Below, in pieces: positions 1 to 8,095 of a stretch of 16,999 nt of DNA. A model generated the notes under the pieces. The model was not told the DNA's origin, made no database searches, and worked only from the letters and a program-made list of their open reading frames with translations. Location: the NCBI GenBank assembly GCA_019058295.1, contig JAHPZI010000028.1:203815-220813 (forward strand), given 5' to 3'. A program made the position numbers and the translations under genes. Source of the stretch: Promethearchaeota archaeon. Lineage in GTDB: Archaea > Asgardarchaeota > Lokiarchaeia > Sigyniarchaeales > SOKP01. Positions within the stretch are counted from its first letter, which is position 1; each line of letters starts with the position of its first letter.

Positions 1-82
1 ACCTGAACAGGAACCATTTGAAGTATTTGAAGTACCTGAACAGGAACCATTTGAAATGTTTGAAGTAACTGAACAGGAACCA
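1..82 (+). repeat. 33-bp coding tandem repeat (at least 2.5 copies)
   Basis: acctgaacaggaaccatttgaagtatttgaagt (1-33), acctgaacaggaaccatttgaaatgtttgaagt (34-66), aactgaacaggaacca (67-82). In frame, no spacers. Confidence 0.95.
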
Positions 83-376
83 CCTCCAGAAAAAGTAGCT
101 GATTTTTCACCTCCTGTAGAGATAGATCTTCAAAAAATTCCTCCTCCACCACCAATGAGAAAAATAAGGATTGGTGGATATTTTGGTAGAGAAGTAGAAT
201 TCAGCCCTGAGAAAAAGCCAACAAAAATTATTGAAACTCAAAATAAGGAGGAAATAAAATCCATAACTGAATTAAGGCCTCCAAGAAAAAGAGACTCTGT
301 TAAATTTTGTAAAATGTGTGGAATGACCGTAAAAAACGTAAATGTCTGCCCAAATTGTGGCGCAAAAATTGACTAA
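2..376 (+). CDS. 3' part of a protein with acidic 11-aa tandem repeats, a poly-proline stretch and a C-terminal zinc ribbon (5' end outside window)
   Basis: The frame is open from base 2 (PEQEPFEVFEV PEQEPFEMFEV TEQEPPP...), so the ATG at 56 is internal. It contains PPPPP and ends in CKMC...CPNCGAKID (CxxC-x9-CxxC). Confidence 0.85.
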   Translation, partial: PEQEPFEVFEVPEQEPFEMFEVTEQEPPPEKVADFSPPVEIDLQKIPPPPPMRKIRIGGYFGREVEFSPEKKPTKIIETQNKEEIKSITELRPPRKRDSVKFCKMCGMTVKNVNVCPNCGAKID

Positions 377-409
377 TTATTAATAAATAAAGGACACTTT
401 AAATAAATA

Positions 410-667
410 ATGAATGACGAGAAGATAGAAAAGAAAAATATTGATCAGAATCAAGATATAGATGAATTTGATTTAACTAAAAATCAAGTCATTCTATATA
501 TAATAATAATTGGTGGTGCAATCACAATTTTTATTCTTTCAATGATCGGGATAAATCCTTTCATGTTGCTAATTATTATTGGTGCTGTTTTGGTTTATGT
601 GTTTTTCGACAAAGATATACAAAACTCTGATTCTACAACCACTCATAATGAAATTGAAACTGAATAA
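410..667 (+). CDS. small membrane protein with two predicted TM helices, unknown function
   Basis: 85-aa ORF with acidic termini flanking a hydrophobic hairpin (VILYIIIIGGAITIFILSMI / FMLLIIIGAVLVYVFF). Confidence 0.75.
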   Translation: MNDEKIEKKNIDQNQDIDEFDLTKNQVILYIIIIGGAITIFILSMIGINPFMLLIIIGAVLVYVFFDKDIQNSDSTTTHNEIETE

Positions 668-678
668 GAAATTAGACT

Positions 679-1761
679 GTGAAATTGCCCCATTTAGAAA
701 TTAATTTAAAGAAAATCCACCATAATGCGAAATCTTTAAAACAGATATTAAACTTAAAAAATATCTCGATTATAGGTATAACTAAACTTATTTTAGGGAA
801 TCCTACTATTGCTAAAACATTAGTACAAGCGGGAATAAGTTATTTAGGCGACTCTAGAATTGAGAACATTATTAGAATGCGAGATGCTGGTATAGACGCT
901 CATTTTATATTAATAAGAAATCCCTCTCTTAACGATATCCCGGTAGTTGTTAAGAACGCGGATATTAGCTTAAATTCTGAATTATCTACCATTGAAAAAC
1001 TTTCTGAAGAATCCATCCGGCATAAAAAAAAACATGGAATTATTCTCATGGTTGAAATGGGAGATTTGCGTGAAGGTATTATGCCTAAAGATTTAGAAGA
1101 TATAGTTATACAAGTTCTTAAATTAAAAGGTGTTGAATTACAAGGAATTGGTACAAATTTAAAATGCTTCGCCGGCGTGATACCTGATGAGAACAACATG
1201 AATGAATTTTCAGAGATTGTTGATGAAATTCAAAATAAATTAGGAATTAAATTAAAATTTATTTCTGGTGGCAACTCCGCTAATTATAATTGGCTAATGT
1301 CCACAGATAATGTAGGATTAATAAATAATTTAAGACTAGGAACAGCTATTTTATTAGGGTTAGGAGGAATTTATGAAAAACCCCTCCCGGAACTATATAC
1401 TGATACCTTTACTTTAGTTGCAGAAATAGTCGAACTAAAAAAAAAACCGGTATATCCTAAGGGAACTTTTTCTACAAACGCTTTTGGAGAACCTTCAATT
1501 TTCGAAAATAAAAGTAATTTGAATAATAAAAGTCAATTTAGAAATCAAGCCCTTCTAAATATAGGAAGACAAGATGTCATTGAGAAAGGTTTAATTCCGA
1601 AAGATGAAGTTGAGATAATGAGTGCAACAAGCGACTATCTTATTATTAATCTAAAAGGCAATGAAAATTATAAAGTTGGGAATGAATTAAGATTTGATCT
1701 AAATTATGAAGCTTTACTCCATGCTATGACAAGTCCCTTTATTTCAAAAGTCTTCTTTTGA
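679..1761 (+). CDS. PLP-dependent alanine/ornithine racemase-family enzyme (Orr/YhfX-like)
   Basis: Motifs GITK (PLP lysine), DSRIEN, EMGDLREG, GIGTNLKCFAG, SGGNS, NNLRLG and IGRQD. GTG start. Confidence 0.88.
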   Translation: MKLPHLEINLKKIHHNAKSLKQILNLKNISIIGITKLILGNPTIAKTLVQAGISYLGDSRIENIIRMRDAGIDAHFILIRNPSLNDIPVVVKNADISLNSELSTIEKLSEESIRHKKKHGIILMVEMGDLREGIMPKDLEDIVIQVLKLKGVELQGIGTNLKCFAGVIPDENNMNEFSEIVDEIQNKLGIKLKFISGGNSANYNWLMSTDNVGLINNLRLGTAILLGLGGIYEKPLPELYTDTFTLVAEIVELKKKPVYPKGTFSTNAFGEPSIFENKSNLNNKSQFRNQALLNIGRQDVIEKGLIPKDEVEIMSATSDYLIINLKGNENYKVGNELRFDLNYEALLHAMTSPFISKVFF

Positions 1762-1788
1762 AAAACCAATAAAATTATATTATAAGAT

Positions 1789-2091
1789 ATGGTTTATATG
1801 GAAAATATCGAAAAAAGGATAAAAGAAATTAATGGTAAAATTAACGAAATTGAATCTTTACTTATGTCTCTTGAAAAAATTTCAGGAAAATTATTGGAAA
1901 GTCCTATTAAACAAGGAGATAAGAAGACATTTTCAACTTTAAAAACTAATATTTACATAACACGAGATGAATATGCTGATGAAAGAGATGGTCTACTTCA
2001 ACAAATAAATAAAGATCATAGAAAAAAAATCAACCGAAAAGAAAAAAATTTTAAAGAAGGCCTTTTAGCAAAAAAAGGATTAAAGAAGTAG
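1789..2091 (+). CDS. hypothetical coiled-coil protein with a basic C-terminus
   Basis: 100-aa ORF, heptad-like N-terminus IEKRIKEINGKINEIESLL, Lys-rich tail. No family recognised. Confidence 0.65.
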   Translation: MVYMENIEKRIKEINGKINEIESLLMSLEKISGKLLESPIKQGDKKTFSTLKTNIYITRDEYADERDGLLQQINKDHRKKINRKEKNFKEGLLAKKGLKK

Positions 2092-2127
2092 ATTATAATG
2101 ATTTAGTTGTTATTCACAAAATTTTTT

Positions 2128-2192
2128 AATTTCTCTCCCTGTTGGTCCCCTCCGTCTCTCAATTACCACCCTCCCGCCGTGGTGCCCATTCC
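2128..2192 (+). repeat. C-rich intergenic element: a degenerate copy (2128-2153) plus a full copy (2161-2192)
   Basis: aatttctctccctgttggtcccctcc and aattaccaccctcccgccgtggtgcccattcc form a GC-rich island in AT-rich DNA. Confidence 0.85.
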
Positions 2193-2309
2193 GCAATATT
2201 CAAGAAAAACATAATTCTATTTTTTCAATAATTATAAAAAGTAGTTGTACTATTATTTCGCTTATTGAGTAAATATTTATATCAGAATCTATTAATTATA
2301 TTATAGAAG

Positions 2310-2522
2310 ATGTCGGATATTATTGAATCGAATCCAGAAATCCTTGGGGGGAAGACTATCATAAAGGGGACGAGAATTCCCGTTGCTTTAATCTATGAAT
2401 TAATTGGGTTGAATTATACTATTGATGAAATCCAAGAAGAGTATCCCCATCTTGACCGTCAAGTTATTCTAAAAGTAATTGAATTTGGAAATGATGCCTT
2501 AAAAAACAAGAAAATATTTTGA
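2310..2522 (+). CDS. DUF433-family protein (putative antitoxin, VapB45-like), no adjacent PIN toxin
   Basis: Signature I.SNPEILGGK..IKGTRIPV..I...G.T..EI..EYPHL. Confidence 0.9.
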   Translation: MSDIIESNPEILGGKTIIKGTRIPVALIYELIGLNYTIDEIQEEYPHLDRQVILKVIEFGNDALKNKKIF

Positions 2523-2533
2523 AGAAAAATATT

Positions 2534-2564
2534 AATTACCTCCCTCCCCCATGGTGCTCCCTCC
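2534..2564 (+). repeat. C-rich intergenic element, third copy
   Basis: aattacctccctcccccatggtgctccctcc is identical at 26 of 32 aligned positions (one gap) to 2161-2192. Confidence 0.85.
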
Positions 2565-2612
2565 TAAAAATAGTTCTTTTCAAACACAATTAAAATAGAA
2601 TTTTATCTAAAT

Positions 2613-2897
2613 TTAGAGATTTAGTAATCGGCTTCCATGAATGATAGATATTATTTCTAGATGGTTTTGCTTAATTAGATAAATAATACGATAATTCTTA
2701 TAAAGGATTTCTCTCAGGTTAGGATTGTTATATTCTGGAACTTGTCTGCCAAATTTAGGAAATTGTTCTAAATGACTTATCATTTCATAAATTTGTTTTA
2801 TTAAGATTTGAGCATATTTGGGAGAATCTTTTGAGATATAATTCGCAATATCATCTAATTCTTCTAGGGCATTGCTAGTCCATTTTATTTCAACCAT
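2613..2897 (-). CDS. type II toxin, RelE/ParE family
   Basis: IKWTSNALEELDDIANYI...L.QFP.FGR.VPEY...LREI...YRIIY...I.SIIHGSR is a typical ParE pattern. Overlaps the upstream antitoxin by 13 bp. Confidence 0.92.
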   Translation of the reverse strand: MVEIKWTSNALEELDDIANYISKDSPKYAQILIKQIYEMISHLEQFPKFGRQVPEYNNPNLREILYKNYRIIYLIKQNHLEIISIIHGSRLLNL

Positions 2898-3070
2898 TTG
2901 GCTAAACGCTCTTTAGCTTCTTCATGTGTAAATAATCTTCCTTCTTTAGAATCCTTTAATCCCTTCTCTATCTTTTGTCTGACGTATATAGCTTCAATTA
3001 TATCTTCCATACTTACATCATTAGGGAGGTTTTTTATCATTTCTAAAATATGTTCTTTTTCTGTTGTCAT
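2885..3070 (-). CDS. cognate antitoxin of the ParE-type toxin
   Basis: MTTEKEHILEMIKNLPNDVSMEDII...KIEKGLKDSKEGRLFTHEEAKERLAKW lies directly upstream of the toxin. The ATG at 3070 is preferred over 3085. Confidence 0.85.
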   Translation of the reverse strand: MTTEKEHILEMIKNLPNDVSMEDIIEAIYVRQKIEKGLKDSKEGRLFTHEEAKERLAKWLK

Positions 3071-3246
3071 AATGATCAACTTCATCCAATGATTAGTATT
3101 TATTAAATATATAATCTCAGTCTCAATAAATTTTTTGTTATTATATTAAAATATAGATTTTTTTGAATTAATGTTCTTCAATATCAAATATTAGTCTTCG
3201 TTTGAAAAACCAACATAATTAAAATTATCATAAATTTTCCTAAATA

Positions 3247-4200
3247 ATGGATAATTTAGCTGAAGATTCTAAGGACACAAAAGTCAGTCCAACGATTTCT
3301 AAAATCAGTATGTTTTTATCTGGAATATTTATGGGAAATGTCGGACTTTTTGTCACATTTTTAGGCAAATATTCAATATTTACAATTGTCTTATTAAGAG
3401 GCATATTTGGAACTCTTTTTCTCACCTTATTTATGATAAAAAGTCGTTCATTCTCTCTTGAATTTTTGAAAGAATCTATTAAATTGCATTGGAAACCCAT
3501 GATAATTAGTGGGTTAATTTATCCCTTTATAATCTATCTCTATTTTTTTACTATTATCATTTACGGCTATGCAATTGCGGCTTTTTTACTTTATACGAAT
3601 GGAATTTTTGTTCTAATTTTTATAATATTATCAAAGATGGATAAAGTATCAAAAATAACCATTATAAGCTTTATTTTAGCGATTATAGGTGTAGCGATAA
3701 TTATGGAATTTTGGTCCTCCCAGGCACAAGTATTTTCCTTAGGTTTAATTACTGGCTTACTTTCTGGTTTAACACTAGCTATTTTTGTATTTTTTAAAAA
3801 GCTTATTTATAATAAAAGGAATAATAACCAAGAAATTATAAAAACAAAAGGAGATTTTGATATTTTTTTAGCTTGGTGGCATACTCTTTTCTTAATCTTA
3901 ATTTTTTTACCTCTTGGATTTGCGGATCTCCCTAAATTAAATTTGGTTGATTTAATTTTAGCGCTATTATTAGGTTTAATCCCAACAGCATTAGCTTTTG
4001 TCTTACATAATGTTGGTGTTAAAAATGATAAAGGCGGTAATATCTTAATATTGGCCTATTTCGAGCCTATTGTAGCAACGATCAATACTATTATTTTTCT
4101 TAAAATTTTTTCAATCTATACGATAATTGGAGGTGCTTGTATTTTAATAGCAAACGCACTTGTATTAAAATATTCAAGCGAAAGTTATTATGAACGATAA
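3247..4200 (+). CDS. EamA/DMT-family transporter
   Basis: 317 aa, about 10 hydrophobic segments in two repeats. Motifs LLYT, GLIPTALAFVL and AYFEPIVA. Confidence 0.9.
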   Translation: MDNLAEDSKDTKVSPTISKISMFLSGIFMGNVGLFVTFLGKYSIFTIVLLRGIFGTLFLTLFMIKSRSFSLEFLKESIKLHWKPMIISGLIYPFIIYLYFFTIIIYGYAIAAFLLYTNGIFVLIFIILSKMDKVSKITIISFILAIIGVAIIMEFWSSQAQVFSLGLITGLLSGLTLAIFVFFKKLIYNKRNNNQEIIKTKGDFDIFLAWWHTLFLILIFLPLGFADLPKLNLVDLILALLLGLIPTALAFVLHNVGVKNDKGGNILILAYFEPIVATINTIIFLKIFSIYTIIGGACILIANALVLKYSSESYYER

Positions 4201-4264
4201 TAAAATATAATGATAATTTTTAATTGACTTTTATAATTCATTTTAGCAATAACCACATAAAAAG

Positions 4265-4831
4265 TTGAAATTAATGCCTTACACGGAAATTTCGTTCGAT
4301 CAAATTGCATTTGACCCGGAAGTACAAACCTATTGTAATAATCCTAAATTTCGGTGTCCATATTACGGGCATTCTTGGACGTGTCCTCCTGAAGCACCAT
4401 ATTTAGAAAATGAAGTATCTCAATTTAAAAAATTTTATCTAATATATTATCAATTTGATTTAGAAGCATATGTAAATAAAATAAAAGAAAAACACCCAAA
4501 AAGGAGTGAAAATCGAATAAAATTTTCTATTTATAGAAAAAATTATGTTCGAAATTATTTAGAAAGAGAAGTTAACGATTTTTTGGAAAAATTTCAAGAC
4601 AAATATGATGAAAAACTTATTTTATGGGACGGTCATTGTAGAGTTTGTCATAGAGAAAAAAAAAATTGTACTTATGATAGCGGAGAGCCGTGCCGATATC
4701 CAAATAAGCAAACATATTCAATGGAGGCCGTGGGTATCAATGTGGATAAAACAGTTAGGAATTTAAACATTAAAATAGAATGGCCACCTAAGCGCTATGT
4801 TTATCGCTTTGGCTTAGTTTGCTTTAAATAA
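4265..4831 (+). CDS. DUF2284-family Cys-rich predicted metal-binding protein
   Basis: C..CPYYGHSWTCPP, GHCRVC, C...GEPCRYP and SMEAVGINV. Confidence 0.85.
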   Translation: MKLMPYTEISFDQIAFDPEVQTYCNNPKFRCPYYGHSWTCPPEAPYLENEVSQFKKFYLIYYQFDLEAYVNKIKEKHPKRSENRIKFSIYRKNYVRNYLEREVNDFLEKFQDKYDEKLILWDGHCRVCHREKKNCTYDSGEPCRYPNKQTYSMEAVGINVDKTVRNLNIKIEWPPKRYVYRFGLVCFK

Positions 4832-4860
4832 AGTCTTATTAAAAAAAGAATTTCTTTAAA

Positions 4861-6180
4861 CTAAAGAAGATTTTCCTCCAATACTATTGTGTCATTCCTG
4901 TCCGGTCCAATTGAGATCATCGCGATATCTGTTTGAAGTTCATCTTTTATAAATTGAATGTATGTTTTCATTGCTAAAGGCAATGCATTAAAACCTTGTT
5001 TTGCTATTTCAGACCATTCTTCTGATGTTTTTGGTTCCCACCCGTTAAAAGTGTTATATAAAGGTTTGCATTGTTCTATTATTTCTGATTGGATTGGCCA
5101 ACTCTCAAGAAGCCTTCCCTCTAATTCATAAGCCGTACAAATTTTTAGAGGATTAATGCCTTCCAAGGCATCTAAAAGCGTGATAATAACACTATCCACC
5201 CCATTTATCATAATAGAATATTTTATATTAAAGAGATCTAGCCATCCTACTCTTCTCGGTCTACCTGTTACTGTACCATACTCTTTTCCTTGGTCTCGGA
5301 TTTTTTCTGCTATTGAATTTGTTAACTCAGTTGGAAATAAGCCTCCACCAACTCTTGATGTGTAAGCTTTGATAACTCCAATAATTTTACCAATTTTTTT
5401 AGAAGGAACTCCCGTACCTGCGGATATTCCAAGTGCGTTTGCGTTTGAACTCGTTCCGAAGGGATACATACCGTGATCTATCCCCAATAAAGTACCTTGG
5501 GCACCTTCGAAAACTATTTTTTTGCCGGAATCTATCGCTTTATTCAAATAATATGCCGTGTCAATTACGTAAGGTTTTAGTCTATCACCATAGCTCTTAT
5601 ATTCTTCATATATCGAATTAAAATCAGTATCCCAATGTGAGTCGTAAAGATTAATTAAATCTTTTTTGATCTTATATAATTTTTCTAACTTACTTTTTAA
5701 TAATTGTGGATTAATTAAATCAAATGTTCTTATCCCCCAACGAGCAGCTTTGTCAGAATAAGTTGGACCAATACCTCTTTTAGTAGTTCCAGCACTGTAC
5801 TTTCCTTTTGACTCCTCTTCCAGACCATCTAAAACCTTATGAAAGGGAAATATGATATGAGATGTTGAGCTCAACTTTAGATTAATTTTTTTTCCCAATT
5901 TTTTTAGGTTCTCAATTTCATCAAGTAAAACTTTTGGATCCACTACACAACCATTTGCAATTATGACTTCTTTCTCTAAAGGACCACCAGATGGCATTAA
6001 TTTAAATTTATATTTAATTCCATCGCTAACAACTGTATGACCTGCATTATTCCCTCCGTTAAATCTAACGACAATATCCGCTTTCTGAGCCAAATAATCA
6101 CAAAATTTTCCCTTCCCTTCATCTCCCCACGACATACCGATAATTGCGATATTGTTATTTTTTTTCTCAATCATATCCAC
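4861..6180 (-). CDS. purA: adenylosuccinate synthetase (long, about 430-aa form)
   Basis: WGDEGKGK, GGNNAGHT, GTTKRGIGPTY.DK, EGAQG, YPFGTSS and EYGTVTGRPRRVGWLD. The start may be the ATG at 6174. Confidence 0.97.
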   Translation of the reverse strand: MDMIEKKNNNIAIIGMSWGDEGKGKFCDYLAQKADIVVRFNGGNNAGHTVVSDGIKYKFKLMPSGGPLEKEVIIANGCVVDPKVLLDEIENLKKLGKKINLKLSSTSHIIFPFHKVLDGLEEESKGKYSAGTTKRGIGPTYSDKAARWGIRTFDLINPQLLKSKLEKLYKIKKDLINLYDSHWDTDFNSIYEEYKSYGDRLKPYVIDTAYYLNKAIDSGKKIVFEGAQGTLLGIDHGMYPFGTSSNANALGISAGTGVPSKKIGKIIGVIKAYTSRVGGGLFPTELTNSIAEKIRDQGKEYGTVTGRPRRVGWLDLFNIKYSIMINGVDSVIITLLDALEGINPLKICTAYELEGRLLESWPIQSEIIEQCKPLYNTFNGWEPKTSEEWSEIAKQGFNALPLAMKTYIQFIKDELQTDIAMISIGPDRNDTIVLEENLL

Positions 6181-6301
6181 TTAGTTTTAATTAATGAAGT
6201 TTAAAAAATTTTGTATGTAAAAAGTGGGGAATGATTTTTATTTATGAATTTTCTTTAAGGCTTTAGACTTAATTAATTTTTAATTTTATTTTTAGATTAA
6301 G

Positions 6302-7225
6302 ATGCCAAAAAAAACGGTACTTTTTGACTCTGCGCATTCAGAAATGCTTAGCATTAAAGATCAAGATTTTTCAGAATTTATTAACCTTTTAAAATCTTTG
6401 ACTTTAAAGATTATAACAAACGAAAATAAGAATTTAACAAATCAACTATTAAAGGGAATCGATATTTTAGTCATAGGAAATCCAATTGATGAATATTTTT
6501 CTAATATCGAAATTAGAAATATTAATAATTTTGTGCGAGATGGAGGTCGATTGTTGATTATAAGCGAATATGGCGGTGATTATCTTCAAAAAACAAATCT
6601 AAATGACATTACTGGAAAGAATTTTGGTATTTATTTTCAAAAGAATATAGTTAAACAATATAATAGCATTAATCAAAATTGTTCAAGTATTATATCCATT
6701 CAAAATTTTCAGAAACATCAGATAACAAAACAATTAAGGGAAATAGTAATTGGTGGAACATGTTCTTTATTATTAAAGAAAGACTCAAATCCTTTATTGT
6801 ATTTGAATGAATCATGGACGGAGATTTATAATGCGTCTAATGAACAATGGTCAAAAGAAAATGAAAATATGAAACAAATTATATCCGCATCAGCGGAATA
6901 TGGTCGGGGTAAGGTTGTAGCAATAGGAGATATTGATATTTTTTCTAACGATAACAATATAGGATTAAATTGCTTGGATAATCGAAAATTTGTGTTGAAT
7001 TTAATATCTTGGTTATTGGAGCCTATAAAGGAGGCTGACGTTACCTTATGGGCTTTAAATCAATTGGGGGCCATTCAAATAGAATTAAAGAGGGTAAACA
7101 ATAAAATCAACAACATTATCGAGACTATGACTATTTTAGAACATAGAATAAGTGCAATTGAAGAAGAAAAAGATGATGCGGAAACTGAGAATAAATTGTT
7201 AGAAGAAGAATTATCTGAATTCTAA
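6302..7225 (+). CDS. GIFT-domain (GldG/IFT52, DUF4350-like) protein with a C-terminal coiled coil and acidic tail
   Basis: VLFD..H.E, L.GIDILVIGNP...F...EI..I..FV.DGG.LL...EYGG...TNLN, GRGKVVAIGD.DIFSN and DN..F..N...WL. No signal peptide or TM segment. Confidence 0.8.
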   Translation: MPKKTVLFDSAHSEMLSIKDQDFSEFINLLKSLTLKIITNENKNLTNQLLKGIDILVIGNPIDEYFSNIEIRNINNFVRDGGRLLIISEYGGDYLQKTNLNDITGKNFGIYFQKNIVKQYNSINQNCSSIISIQNFQKHQITKQLREIVIGGTCSLLLKKDSNPLLYLNESWTEIYNASNEQWSKENENMKQIISASAEYGRGKVVAIGDIDIFSNDNNIGLNCLDNRKFVLNLISWLLEPIKEADVTLWALNQLGAIQIELKRVNNKINNIIETMTILEHRISAIEEEKDDAETENKLLEEELSEF

Positions 7226-7308
7226 ATAAAAATTAAGAAATAGATTTATTAATAATTGATCTTATTTTCAATAATATCTAACGTAATTTCTTACGAGATG
7301 AATTTAAA

Positions 7309-7923
7309 ATGCAAGAAAAAGTTGATTTAACACATTTCGAACAATTTGGCAGCAGAATGTACTTTTTAATGATATTGACTATCGCTAATTTAATTTTAGG
7401 CATAATTGCTATTTTTATCGAATTTGTAGCAATAATCGTTGCAATTATTCATATAATTATATTCTTTACGTTCTTATCTGCCATAGGAAACATTAAAGAT
7501 GCTGGTCGTGAGCTTAATAATCAAAATCTATTAGCATTCCATTCCAAAATTATCCTTGGTCTTATCCTACTTATTATTGGTTGGGTCTTCATGGCAATAG
7601 GATGGATTGGTATAGGAATACAGTTATTTCTAATTAGAGAAATTACACCAACAATTATCCTCCCTATAACTATTATTGTTGTTGCGGTCATTCTTATAAT
7701 AATTGCCGCAATCTTGACTATTCAAGCATGGGGTCGTTTAGAAACCTTTTTTGAAAATAACATGACAATGTTTCCGGGTGATATAAGTGAGGATGCAAAA
7801 AAAGGAGCTAAATACTTGAAAATTGCTGCCATTTTAGAGATAACTGTAATTCTTAATTTTATCGGACCAATTCTTAAAATCATAGGTTATAATAAACTAG
7901 CTTCTTTAAGTCATGTAAGATGA
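7309..7923 (+). CDS. multi-pass membrane protein (DUF973/DUF996-like)
   Basis: Five to six hydrophobic segments with an internally repeated pattern and C-terminal ILKIIGYNKL. Family call is from pattern only. Confidence 0.65.
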   Translation: MQEKVDLTHFEQFGSRMYFLMILTIANLILGIIAIFIEFVAIIVAIIHIIIFFTFLSAIGNIKDAGRELNNQNLLAFHSKIILGLILLIIGWVFMAIGWIGIGIQLFLIREITPTIILPITIIVVAVILIIIAAILTIQAWGRLETFFENNMTMFPGDISEDAKKGAKYLKIAAILEITVILNFIGPILKIIGYNKLASLSHVR

Positions 7924-7963
7924 GGCTCTGTATCACAACTTAAGGGTTGATTACAAATTTAAA

Positions 7964-7984
7964 TCTTTTTTTTCCTTTCTTTTA
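7964..7984 (+). terminator. putative archaeal oligo-T terminator
   Basis: tcttttttttcctttcttttt about 40 nt after the stop at 7923. Confidence 0.5.
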
Positions 7985-8095
7985 TGATTATAATAACTAT
8001 GGAGTATTTGAAACTTAATTTGTATTAGAGTTATTTTTAATAATAAATGAATTTTAATTTTAGTAGACTAATTTATTTTGAGAGAAAATTTAAAA

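Noticed and set aside
1-82. 33-bp repeats as a CRISPR array
   Set aside because: Copies are directly adjacent with no spacers and lie in frame within a coding region.
2128-2564. C-rich elements as tRNA remnants (minus strand reads GGACCA, GGGCACCA, GAGCACCA) or integron attC sites
   Set aside because: No T-arm (GTTCRA) or cloverleaf precedes the CCA, and there is no RYYYAAC...GTTRRRY dyad or long hairpin.
2213-2602. 11-bp inverted repeat aattctatttt / aaaatagaatt around DUF433 as transposon ends
   Set aside because: Short and almost all A/T, with no transposase or target duplication; likely chance.
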